A stretch of DNA of 63,595 nucleotides, counting the filler, from Octopus bimaculoides (lineage: Eukaryota): NCBI RefSeq assembly GCF_001194135.2. It is 3 parts of 3 records of this genome, joined end to end, with 100 filler letters (N's around TTAATTAATTAA, not from the genome) between each part and the next. Parts side by side here need not be neighbours in the genome. Positions count along the whole stretch, not along the records: positions 20,969 to 36,424 come from NC_068999.1; positions 36,525 to 63,595 come from NC_068981.1; 1 more part is not named here. One strand, written 5' to 3'. Positions within the stretch are counted from its first letter, which is position 1. Every line of letters starts with the position of its first letter. Below, in pieces: positions 24,982 to 37,742 of the stretch. The translations under genes and the position numbers were made by a program. A model generated the notes under the pieces. The model saw only the letters and a list, made by a program, of their open reading frames with translations, did not search any database and was not told the DNA's origin.

Positions 24982-27064
24982 GTCGCGGTCTCAAAGTGAC
25001 GAAAATATTTTGACAAATTAAATTTAAATGTTGAACTGAATCTAACGATTTTTGTGTGTTATTTTAAATGGCTTATAAACACCTTCCACGCTGCAATTAT
25101 ATATATATATATATATTTCTGGGATTGATTTGTTTCACTAAAACCCTGAGAAACGGTGCCCAGCAAAACTGCACTGCAATGACCGAAAGAAGATGATATA
25201 TTTATGTGTGTATGTATATATANNNNNNNNNNNNNNNNNNNNNNNNNNNNNNNNNNNNNNNNNNNNNNNNNNNNNNNNNNNNNNNNNNNNNNNNNNNNNN
25301 NNNNNNNNNNNNNNNNNNNNNNNNNNNNNNNNNNNNNNNNNNNNNNNNNNNNNNNNNNNNNNNNNNTATATATATATATATTCATGGCAAATATTTGATA
25401 TAGAATTTGGTGACGTTTAGTCATTCTACCTCATTTCTTCGTCATATACTAAATTATGGACAAGAGACATTTCTATGTAGAAGAACGCTTCGATATACAA
25501 AGAGCTTTGAAGAGTAATTAACAAGTAATTATCAACACTAATAAGAAGAGTCGCAGAATAACGGTAAAGAGGAGAGAGAGAAAATAGATTCTTTTGTCTT
25601 GCAGCGATTAATTGCATTGTTTTATTTTCTGTGTTTTAATCCTTGCCTTTCATCTATCTGAAATCGATGAAATAAATACCTACACTAGATGCAATCGACA
25701 GTGATGCATACAATCCGTTTTTCAAATGGTATGCCATTGTGTGAACTTGTATATTGGTTTTCGGAAAAGTTGCGACAAATTCTACCATTCTGTCTAAAAC
25801 AGTACTACGTTTTATAGTCTATTCACTTCACACCAACTTTAAATGTCTTCGCTATATTTTCCTTTAGAATAACCTTCACAGGACACACACAGAAACACAA
25901 ATACATACATATATATACTCTCACACACATATAAGTAGCTATATATGTAGATACATATATATATATAATTTAACTTAATATGTTTTATACTAAACATTAA
26001 CTACCTTAACAAAACTCTAAATAGAATTGTAATATAAGCAAAATATTTTCGAATGATATTTTGAGAAAAATAAATATGTACACAATAGCAAACAATGTGG
26101 CAAGAGTTGAAAGCCGGCCCTACCAGTCAGGAAAAATATAGCAACATTAATATACATATCCTATGAAAGATTATTTGTATATAAAAATATAAAATACAAA
26201 ATGTGAGGAAAAACAAACAATAGTATATGACTGTAGCTAAAGCTCCGCGTGTCGAAAATTCAGTGTGTCGACATGCAGAGAAGCAAAATGAGAAAACCCA
26301 AAGAAAATCAAATGAATAGAAGAGACGAAAAGAAGGAAAACAGTGGAGATTTATATAGAAATGAAAAAAAAATTAAAAATATGGTCAGTAACTGATTTTT
26401 ATCAGATGAAATGAAATTTTGTGAGAAACCAGGCAGCAATTGATACTCTAAATTTTGATATAAGAGAAATTAACGAAACGTGACTGTAACACGTTTTTTG
26501 TTTGTGTGCTTTTAAATAACTAAAATGGCTCTTGAACGCTAGTATTTGTTTAAAAAAGAAACAAAAATATATACTGTTACTTCTTTGGTTACATTTAATC
26601 GATTTTCACACAAACTAAGCAACTATTTCACCAAGTGTTTTATGTTGAAAATGTTATACTACAAGAGAAATCGTATTACGATATTGATCGCCCAACTATG
26701 TCGAGGGTTTTCTGTATGTGAAATATATTGTCTTTCCCTTTGCATATCTGCATGTAAGTGATTAAATCTACGTAGGTTTTGTTGGTTATTTTGATGTGTT
26801 AACCCCCGAAGTCACAGCCAATATCAATTCCTTTCTATCTATGACCTTCCCATCTTTTTGCTAACGTCAGATTTCTAGATCTGAAGTTTCCAACGCGTCC
26901 TTCTAAAAACAGTACAGTTTACAATTGTCGAGAATATTTTTTACACCTCACATTCAAAGCGAAAACAAACAAAACAAAAGTGGATTCGAACTTGCGCCCT
27001 TCAATGTATAAGTCCTGGTCTATGCTAAAAGATTAGGTAGTAGCTAATAAACGTCCTTCAACAA

Positions 27065-27180
27065 GGAGGCTAGCTAACCGGTTCGTTAACATAGCAGGCA
27101 AAATGCTTAGTGACGTTTCGTCTGTCTTTATGTTCTAAGTTCAAATTCTGCCGAGGTCGACTTTGCGTTTCTTTCTTTCT
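27065..27180 (+). mobile_element. SINE family A, 5' half
   Basis: GGCAAAATGCTTAGTGACGTTTCG...AGTTCAAATTCTGCCGAGGTCGACTTTGC. Confidence 0.7.
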
Positions 27181-28849
27181 TCTTATCACAAGTCACATAG
27201 ATGCTGCTGTTTTTCCCAAATCATCAACTGATATTCCTGTCATGATCAGAACCGTTAATATCCCATAACATCCTTTTTATAATAATATGCAACGGAAGCC
27301 TATTTAATAAACTATTAGCTTAATGAATAGTGGCAGGTTTTTCACATCATAGTATTTATTAATACAAATATTCGTCATATTTTTCGTTGGTGACACTCGA
27401 AGAGAATTAGGAAAATATTCAATACAGGCCATCTTGAAGATAACATGTCCTCCCTGGCATACGTGTGTGTGTGTGTATGTATCTTTCTTTCTGCCTGCCT
27501 ATGTGTTTGTGTGTGTATATATATTCATTTCTATATACGCCATATTTATTAGCTTTAGAGTACTGGAGATAATAATTTGCATATTATAAATATGGAATGT
27601 TTTCATGCAACTCCTGCAAGAAAATAGAAATATCTATTGTCGATATCGATCGCCACTTTGCTATTTAAGGTCCAAATATTTTGGCTACTACAGCGATAGA
27701 TATATTTTAAATTTTCAACGCGATAGGCAACACGAATTCTTGTATGATTTTAAGCCATAGACATTTAACCTTTTATTCAACACAGCGTTCTGCTTGTGTG
27801 TATGAGATGAAGAGAATTGGAAGAGATATATGTAGAGAATGAAAGAGGAAGATGAAGAATATCCCATAAGCTAACGCCCTCAATCGTCCATGGACAGCTG
27901 TATATGGCAAGAGTAAATTAGAAAATATAAGTGACAAATCTAACTTAATTTACGTACTGCACTGGATAATGTGATACTAGAAGTGTATCATCTGATAAAT
28001 GACGTGACTGTCATGGCTGGAAAGTTTTGATCATAAGTTCTGTCTCCTAAGTTGTTACTGATTGAGCCCCTAAAGTAGTGGATACTGGCATCGATTTGTG
28101 CTGTCTCTATCATCCTTTATCCCTGTTAGTAATGGAAGCAAACACAGTCAAGTGGTTAACTAGTTTTTCACTCAAAACATCAATTTGCAGTTTCGAACAC
28201 AGCGCGATGTCTTGCGCAAGTATAGCCTCAGGTGGATCCAAGTATTCTCAGTAACCCCGAGTTGACAGAAGTTTTGAGAAAGCTAGTTTATAGAATAGAA
28301 TGTGTTTTACAATGTCCCTCCTTTGTCATACTACTTAACACAGAGATTCTTCACATGAATTATATATGACACGCAGCATCTTACAAGTCAAATAATGATC
28401 ATGTATCTATTTTATTTGACCGAAAAACTGAATGCCCTTCGTCGAAACAGATGGAATATTGTTCGTAACATACATTCAATAACAGAAAATTAAGATACAA
28501 ATATTGAAAGCGCTTCCACTGATTAATTATTAATGTACAAACCATTATTTAATCGCATGATCTTTTCTCCCAAAGAATTTAATATTCGTGTACGAATTAT
28601 AAACATTGTAATGTTATACGTGATGTTAAAATGCATATGTTTCATTCTGATTTCATTCTTATTACAAGCCTCGCTACATCTGATATCCATGTTTGTCTCA
28701 ATTTAATGATCATTTTGTTTTTCGTTTTGTTAGGTGGGTAGATATCAGTAACAGCGTTGTTTTACATTTCGTTATCGACATTTAGTTTGATTAAGATAAA
28801 TACAAACAAGTAATCATTCTTTCTATCGTCATCTATATGTGTGTATGTG

Positions 28850-28881
<32 letters not shown>

Positions 28882-31049
28882 CATACATATATCTGTGTGT
28901 GTGTGTGCATGTATGTGCATGTGTGTATGTATGTGTATGTATATTTGTAAGTATGCGTTTATGTATCATGAAAAATAATTCGTGAATGTTTTCAGGATCT
29001 AATAGCTTTTCATTGCGAAGCAAATCTATTAAACACTTAGTCTTTCATGTTAGGGAAAGTATATCTATATTTCGTGTTAATTACCTTCACATAGAGCGAT
29101 AGGTGAACATACAAGCTATCCCGACACACATGCGCAAGCACAAATATAGTCAATCATGTTGGTGAGTAAATGTTAAATGATACATTAATTTAATCAGTCA
29201 TACGCAGAAGCAAAAGCCACCTACCTCTGTACCTTTCGCACATACATTAAATGAAATGCACGCAAACACGTATTATACGTAAATACGTAAATATAAATAC
29301 ACACAAACACACACACACACACACACATATATAATTAATAAATATCAGGGTAGGAATAAATTTTAGAAATGTTTACTACCAGTGACCTAGCACGTAGAAA
29401 ATTAGTCAATAGTCTATATATTATTCATATAAATACAGTGTATATTTAAACAAAATAAGAGGTGACCATCATAGGACACCTAGCACGCTAGAAGGAGTAG
29501 CCAAAATCCAAACCACTATGAGGGATACATTTCGAAGGGAATGAACATTTTGGCAAATTGCTGGAATTGCTGGAATTGCTTGCATTATTTCTATTTGCTG
29601 CCGACTAAAAACTGCACTTGCGGGGTGCATTTGAAAAATTAGAATATATAAGCACGAGGCATATGCTGTATTGCTTTGTATTTATATGTTAATCTTGGCG
29701 TTCCTGCTGAAGAGAGCGCCGCATAGCAAATTACTTTATTTGCTAATTTAGAGCTCGAGACCATGCTCCATTTAAACAAAGAGCAATACTTTGAAGCAAA
29801 TAATTCATGGATGACTTTGCTCTGAATACATAAAGTAAGGCTAATAACGCATGCAGTGTTAGTGATTTTTTTTTTAGTTCAACAGGAGTGAAGTTAGACA
29901 AATTCTGAATTTGTTTACGTTCGAAATTTCACTCAAATTCTTTTATGTTGTTTTAAATAATGGACACGTTAGCCGACGGAATCCCTGATGTTTTAAATGC
30001 CTGCATGATCTGAGCTGACTATTGGTTAGACAATGCAGAAGAACATCAATGAATTGCACACGCAGTTTCAATTTAAATCTGTTTATTTTGGCATGTTACG
30101 TCGGTGAACTATGTGAGAGTTCTAGCATTTACTGTCGTTCATTAAATATGAAATATATCACGGAAAAATATTGTGTATTGAAAGTATCAGTGAAGCCCCA
30201 AGGAAGATGAATAAATTATTAATGAATCGCGACAAAATTATTGAAGATAAAATATCTTCAACGTTTTACATTCATAATTTATATTGCCAGATATATGAAT
30301 AGAAAGAGCTATGCGTTTTATTTATGACTTTTCACAAGTATTCATCTAATCCCGTTGCTGAAATCGTTAATATGCAGATAATGAATAATTCTCATTTTAT
30401 TGTTTTATATTTGTTTTTAGTATTCAGTAATACAGGTTGTGCTAATTTCTGCCTTCTTTGCAATTTTCATTTAAGTTTCGTATATTTAGAGATAAGATAA
30501 AAACCGTATTGGCATTTATAGAACCATTTTGTATGCATTCAAATTTTGTTTTTAATGTGTATACTTAATTTAATGCGATACATAGCTTTCAGTCATGTTA
30601 ACATGTGTATTTTTATGTTGCTTTGAAAAATAATTTACATATTTTTAACACCATTATGAAGGCGATATAATCTAATGTCATATTATAATGTATATATGTT
30701 CAGTAAGTGTGGTAGCAGGTCTGAAGGACATATTTTGAAAGACATATAGTCTACATAACGGTTTGCAGTACACACTGTGAAGGACAAATATTAAAAGGCA
30801 TATTTTAAGGACAGAAAGAGACAGGTGATAAGATAGAATATGAACAATATATTACATCATAAATATCTAAGGAACATAGGCTGTTCTAACTTACAAACAT
30901 TTAGAGGGCAATGTTTGTAACTCATCATGGTAACATTCTCTGTCTTTATAGAGCATTGTTGATATCTTGGTGTATCTACCACATATTGGAAACTGTGTAG
31001 AAAGCTTGGATATGATTCAATTAAATTTTATATGACTGTATTCTTATAA

Positions 31050-31620
31050 ATGAGAAACTTTCTTTCAAGTTTTATACTTTTCATGTTTTGTGTTATGTTA
31101 TCGTATCTTGAGTAGGGAAAAAAGATGTCTGAACGACGTGGCTCGAAGCAAAGAGGACCACTGATATAAGATGGCGAACATGGTTCGAAGGGCATTTCAA
31201 AGGTCACTGAAATACTTAGTATCATGGACATACGGGGTTGACATTGAAAGATTTACATTGAAGGATGTTGCTAGGTAAATATATGCATGATTTTATGGGT
31301 ATGGATTGAAGCACCTTATTTGAGGTACATGTTTTCAAAATATCGACTGAAATGATAATTAAGGAAAGTTATCTAGGATTTCGCACTGAAGAATACCAAC
31401 CGCTCTGGATTGAGCAGCTATCGCACAGACTTTCTCCTCCTATCTGCTAATCTGTTATATTATTCTACATCAATTGGGTTACGACATCTACAGACAAAAG
31501 GACCATGTTGGTTTTCCAACTCTTCTTTTCTGTCTCTCGTTCCAATTTTTGCCTCAATGTCCTTCGAGTTATTCTGTTTTTTTTTCATGGTTTCTCATAG
31601 ACTAGCAACCTGGTTTTTAT
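31050..31620 (-). mobile_element. LINE (RTE-like) AP-endonuclease remnant
   Basis: Minus-strand EAKIGTRDRKEELENQHGPFVCRCRN resembles FNAKIG...G.FG.G.RN. Confidence 0.4.
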
Positions 31621-32299
31621 ACGAATACATCTAACAATACCAACTGAACCTGCAAGATTGCTTAGAGACACATGACATGTAATATATATCTACTGAATTA
31701 TAGGATCTCTAAAACACAAAACTATTAGTAGCTCTTTTGTAAATTGTGCATATTAAATAATATCTATCTCTCACTGGATGTGGTACATCCGACCTATAAC
31801 GGAACAGTAAAATGTATACGTACGCACGTATGTAGACACACACACTTACACACACTTGAACGCACACACACGCATATACATACACACACGCAGACATATG
31901 TATATATATATATATGTGCATACACATACATACGCACATACAGACATACACACACATATATATAGAGAAAGTGAATGAGAAAGACAAAGGGGAAACATAA
32001 CAGATGCGTTTCGAATATCTTCACATTATATGGTTTAAACACTTTGCAGCAGAACATATAAAGGCAAAGTTGATGCGAAATAACGAAGGATGCTGAACTA
32101 TTTCAATAGGCACGCACATAAGATGAAGACAAGTATGCAGAAGGGAAGTCTTATATGCAATTCTTGATTGCATAATTCATATGAGCAAACATAAGTTCCT
32201 AAAATTCTATGTGTATCAGATTTTCTGAACTATTTCTCGTGATGGGGAATGTCATTTAATGCTATCGATACGCGGTGATTAACTCCTATCTCATTCTAT

Positions 32300-32560
32300 A
32301 TTGGCGTCAATCTTGTTCTCTGGAACTTTCCTTTAGTTCGAGCGAAAATGTGAATTGTACTTGTTTTTGTTGTAGTTGCAATCTTTTTGCTGATCTTGGT
32401 ATTCTTTGTCGAGTTCCAAACAGCCTTGATAAAGCAGAATAATAATCAAACGATTTCCACACGAAAACACTCAGTGAATGCATGGGTTTTAATGTTTTTT
32501 CAATCTGCAATATATGGTCACCAGTACAGAGTGGACACCTCTTTGAAGACGCTGTCTGTC
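32300..32560 (-). mobile_element. LINE (RTE-like) reverse-transcriptase remnant
   Basis: LQIEK...FVWKSFDY...KESSREQD resembles QI.EK...FVDF.KAFD...KRGVRQGD. Confidence 0.45.
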
Positions 32561-32832
32561 AAATAAATTTCTGTGCTTTTTCCCTTCTATTTTGAAAATT
32601 TGGTATTTGATTACCGATGCTTTTGGCCGAAACTCTAAAGATCATAAACAACCAAAATCGGTTGTTAGAAGTATCAGGGTATAGACATATACACTTCCAT
32701 ATACGCGCACGCACACATATGTGTGTGTATGTGTGTATGTGTAGGCGTGTATATACATGTATGTATGCCTTCATATCTAAACCTATCTATAAATATATAT
32801 ACATATTTATATATGTATAATTCTATCTATGT

Positions 32833-32886
<54 letters not shown>

Positions 32887-33364
32887 CAAATTTACAGAAA
32901 GCAAAAGACGAAGAAATGTGAAGCAACAATGTGCAGGTGTATTTGTTTCACATTCGGGAAGAATGGAAAGATCTTTGAAGTTTCGATCCTACAGTCCTCG
33001 ACAGGATGGTTTGAGAGGAATAAACCTAACGGTGAAAGAATAAAAAAGAGAAAAAGGAATGAAAGAAACAATATGTAGGGATTAATATATGTGTAAGAGT
33101 ATTGGTGAGGGATTATCAATCCGGGGAAAAATATTTCATAAGCTCTTTCTTGGCACACCAGGTTAATAATATTGTTTAGATTAGTGAAGAACTCCTTGTG
33201 TTCTTATGGTGGGGTTCGAGGTTAAAGTTCATTGGCATTCTATATTGTAATTCCGTGGTTGTGCTCCAATCAAACTTGCTTCTACACAGAGTGGTATATA
33301 AGACAAGGTATAAATAATGGTCATTGCATTTACTGGAATAAATTTGCCTTACACCTGTTTCCAG

Positions 33365-33510
33365 CAGTTATTGTAGTTGCGTTACTGATGGGTTTCTCTA
33401 TTGGTTTATTGATCAGTTGAGAAGAGTGGAACGACCTGAAAGTTTAATGCTACTTTCGTCAGAGCCATTTCTGGTTATAACAAAGCAAGAATATAACATG
33501 CATGGAAGAG
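33365..33510 (+). other. Candidate exon, left member of an inverted paralogous pair
   Basis: CTTACACCTGTTTCCAG acceptor and GAG|GTGAGA donor. One frame encodes hydrophobic VIVVALLMGFSIGLLIS-stop; another frame is fully open (48 codons). Confidence 0.35.
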
Positions 33511-34000
33511 GTGAGAAAAAAAAAGTAACTGGAAGAGAGATAAAGAGGAAATGGGAAGATAAGTGATGATTTGAGAGGGAAGGACTAAGAGAAGAAGAAA
33601 GAGAAAGAACAGAGGAGGAAGACACTCGATAGAAGAAGGAGCGGGAGGAGGGAAGAAAGGGAAGTTATAAAATGTGAGTGTCTGTAATGGCGTCATCACA
33701 TATGGACATATTTACATTGTTGTTAGGTTAGATAGTTTCCAAACGTATTGAAATTTGATGTGGACCGTTTACACACGTGATCAACATAAGTCTTTAATGC
33801 TTAGCCATTTGTACTATTATACATTGTAAGGGAATTTTATAAGAAAGTGAATGAAATATCAGCACTAAACATATTATGATGCGCAGGTTGAGAAAAATTC
33901 GGTCAGCTAGGATATGAAAAAAAGATAGATGGAGAGATGTGAGGGTGAAATAAAATGAAGTGAAGTTGAATTATTTAAAGTAAACTGCATCATTCCTTCA

Positions 34001-34129
34001 ATATTCTGCTTTGTTATAAACAGAAATGGATCTGACGCAAGTAGCATTAATGTCGCTGGTCGTTCAACTTTTCTCAACTGATAAAAAGTCCAATAGAGAG
34101 ACCTATCAGTAACGAACATATAATAACCT
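34001..34129 (-). other. Candidate exon, right member of the inverted paralogous pair
   Basis: CTTACACATGTTTCCAG acceptor; encodes VIICSLLIGLSIGLFIS-stop; about 82% identical to 33365-33494 by manual alignment. Confidence 0.35.
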
Positions 34130-34850
34130 CTGGAAACATGTGTAAGTCAAATGTACTTCACGAAAGAGAAAATATGTAATGACCATAAATAATGGTCTTT
34201 ATCTGAAGTCTACGGTCAGTTTGGCCGACCTGTGTATTTAAATATTTGATTTTATAGATTTCAAAATGACACAACTAAGTTTACATTTTGTATTTGAAAT
34301 CAAAACCTCTGTAAATTAACAGCGCCACAATTTTGACCGACGGTCTATTCATTCTGCCAATCCGTTGCTGACGTTTTAAATCGTTCTTCCGATATTTGTT
34401 TATAAGAGTAATAAGAGATAGCATATTGAAATATGTATCTTATTTAATAGGAGTATGGAGTCGATAAAATCGATCTAAGTTGTAAGCTGTTGCTTTATGT
34501 TATCGAGATCGTGAGGCTAAAATGAAAAATTGATATCTCATATATACGAAATTAAAACACAAAGTCGTTAAAAGACGCAGAATATTTTGTCTGGTGCACT
34601 AACGATTCTGCTAATTCATCGGCATTGTTAAATTCACCGTCATTAATATCTAAATCAAAAATTCAAATCTGGCCAATGTGATAATGTTAATTAACCGAGA
34701 TTATAACTGATTCGTGAAGAGCTTGAACAATAACAAAATTAAAGGCAAAAGAGGCAACACAATCAATCAATCAATCAATATATGTGTGTGTGTTTGCGTG
34801 TGTGTATACCGAGAGATACGTACACATACATAATATATACATGTATATAA

Positions 34851-34929
<79 letters not shown>

Positions 34930-36099
34930 TGTGTGTGTGTGTGTGTGTATACAATAAGTTGCTATATAGCTCTTCCAATTAATTAAAAGTCTAATCACGT
35001 TATGAGGTGCTATGTTGGATAATCTATTCTTTAGTAGCAATTCTGGCCATGTAATGCGAAATGAGATGCAGATAAGGATAGGTGATTGTATATTGATTTC
35101 TGTCAGGACCACGACACAACAATGTATAAGCAAATAATCTAATGAACAACATCACTTCATATTTGATTGATATGTCATCGATTAAGTTGACATTATTTTG
35201 TCTGTGATACTTATGTTATCGATTAAGTCAACAACATTTTGTCTGTGAGAGTTCTCTCATCATTCCACTTGAAACACAAAACTTTTGATTTTCTGGATCT
35301 AATGCTGGTACGTAAAGACACGAAATATCTCAACGTATATTTGTCAACGATTTTTTTTTAAATCGCGGCTACTTTAAACTGTTGCTGCTGTGTATTCTAC
35401 CTACACATTAATGGTTCATCTGAAAATCCGATAATGAACACCGAACATTGATAAAGCTACTTATTGCTATCTATCGGACAAGAAATAAGGCTGTTCAATA
35501 AATCGGATTAGACCATTTGATATTGTTAATCTGATAATTAATGAGAGGATTTTAATTTAATTGAAAACAATTGATTTTTAAGCATTATATTATGCAATTT
35601 GGTGAAATCTTCATAGCAATTGATTCTTTGGTTTATTTTCTTGATGCATTTCATATTCATGAACGTCGGTGCTCTATGTTAGACCGTCGCGAGATATTGC
35701 ATAACACGTGTCATTTCAACATATTTTAAACACAGTATTGATGAAATCTATTGATGGGGTTGCTATGAGATAAGCTTAGCAAAATTCCACCAAACATAAT
35801 TAAAGATATATATTTATCGGCAAGTTATTTAGTAATTGAAGGAGACGGTAATGTCTTGAAGGAAAGTAATGACTCGTTGACTCTCTATTTATCTTCGACC
35901 CGCGACCAACAAAAAGTATGTAGAACCTATTTACTGTAGAAGATGATGAAAACGGAAAGTAACCATCGACATCATCGTAATTGACCATGACTGTCTTTAA
36001 TCTCCATTTATAACCGCGGAATTCTATAAAGGTTGCGACTACAAGATTATATGTGTGGGGGGGATGTGTGTGTATGTAAATATATGTATTCCTTTTATT

Positions 36100-36265
36100 C
36101 CTTTTTGACTGCAGCCATGCTGGAGCACTACCTTTAACCGGGCAAATCGACGCCAGGATTTATACTTTGCAAGCCTACTATCGGTCAATTTTGCCGAACG
36201 CTTGGGACTGCCACATTAAATTGATTGCAAGCCATCACTTTATCGGGCTGCTACGGCATAACTAA
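36100..36265 (-). mobile_element. SINE family C, 3' fragment
   Basis: GACTGCAGCCATGCTGGAGCAC...AAATCGAC matches the 9.5 kb copy. Confidence 0.6.
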
Positions 36266-36301
36266 CTAACTCTCTCTCTCTCTCTCTCTCTTTCTATCTC
36301 C

Positions 36302-36359
<58 letters not shown>

Positions 36360-36383
36360 TTCCCTCAGAGATTTAGAAATGTA

Positions 36384-36424
<41 letters not shown>

Positions 36425-36524
36425 NNNNNNNNNNNNNNNNNNNNNNNNNNNNNNNNNNNNNNNNNNNNTTAATTAATTAANNNNNNNNNNNNNNNNNNNN
36501 NNNNNNNNNNNNNNNNNNNNNNNN
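36425..36524. other. Artificial scaffolding pad (44 N + TTAATTAATTAA + 44 N)
   Basis: Same 100-bp structure as 20869-20968. Confidence 0.9.
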
Positions 36525-36537
36525 TATATATATATAT

Positions 36538-36861
36538 AAAATTAAAATAAGCAACAAGGATATCCAAAGGTAAAGCAGTACGATCGTTTCATGCGATTCC
36601 ATTTAATTGAGCAATGTAAACATTACATCAAATATAAAATGTAGAGCACTGTTCAGCTGCACAAAGATATAGAAATTTAATGAAATCACATTTTAACAGA
36701 AGGACATATTTTTATAATTAAATCTAAACTTTCCAAGTAGAAAGGAGGGTTGCTCTACATTTTATGTTTGATGTAATGTTTACATTGCTCAATTAAATGG
36801 AGTCACATGAAACAATTGTACTGTATTACCTTTGGATATCCTTGTTGCTTATTTTGATTTT
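36538..36861. mobile_element. Palindromic (fold-back/MITE-like) element with 111-bp arms
   Basis: Arms 36538-36648 and 36751-36861 are reverse complements with 8 mismatches; spacer about 102 bp. Confidence 0.75.
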
Positions 36862-37526
36862 AATCACCTTATTTTGAAACTGTATGTATAATACCATACT
36901 AAATTCTGGTGCCTAAACTTAAGTACCATATTCACCTGAATCTAAATATATATATATATATATATACATATATTTATGTACATATATAGTTGGAAAAATA
37001 TCGTTATAGGTATAAAATACCATAAAACAAGTATAAAGAAATAGAGGGACGGATATTGAATCAAGATAGATTTAATACAAAATTGGATTGAATACATACG
37101 CATGTTTCAAAAGACAATACAAGTATATAAGAAAAAAATTATAATCATAGTAATTATATTTAAATTTACGCGTTGTCATTCTCATCAGTGTGAGGAATTT
37201 TTGGGAGGACGTCAAAAAATGTTTAATAAAATTAAATAGAATAAGATACAAATAAGAGAGAATACAGATGGGGTAATAGGGAAAAATCAAATGTTTACAA
37301 ACAAATTGTAAAAGGGAAAAGAATAACAGTAAAATATAACAGTGTGAGAGACAAAAGAGAACAAAAGACAGACATATCAATGTGTATCCAAGTCTACATG
37401 TGCAGTAAAGTATAACAGGAAAAGAAAAATCTAACGGATATGTTTAAAGAAATAGTAACGGGTTGAGATGAAGTGTAATGTAAACAAGGCCATGTGTGTA
37501 TAGAAGAATATAACGCAACAGGTACA

Positions 37527-37742
37527 CTAGCGAAAAAAAGTCATGGAAAGTTATACATATACATATTAATTTTTTGTTTGTTTTTCAAGGAGTTGAAAAT
37601 TTTTTTGCTCTATGACACTGTATGGACCCTAAGTAAGGCATGTGTAAAATTTGAATGAAATTGGTTGGGTAGTTCTTGAGTTTTAGTGATGCATAGACAG
37701 ACAGATACACACACACACACATTCTCATTTTTATATATATAG
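37527..37742 (-). mobile_element. Short non-autonomous Helitron-like element
   Basis: Reverse complement starts CTATATATATAAAAATGAGAATGTGTGTG (typical Helitron 5' region). Possible CTAG|T end at 37527-37530, but no subterminal hairpin. Confidence 0.45.

Noticed and set aside
26275-26382. Possible first coding exon MQRSKMRKPKENQ...KNM with a GTCAGT donor
   Set aside because: A-rich low-complexity sequence; phase 0 does not match the 33365 exon frames without an unseen intermediate exon.
33418-33500. Shared in-frame TGA as selenocysteine or read-through codon
   Set aside because: No SECIS-like structure or TGA-CTAG context seen, and only 8 codons follow before a shared TAA.
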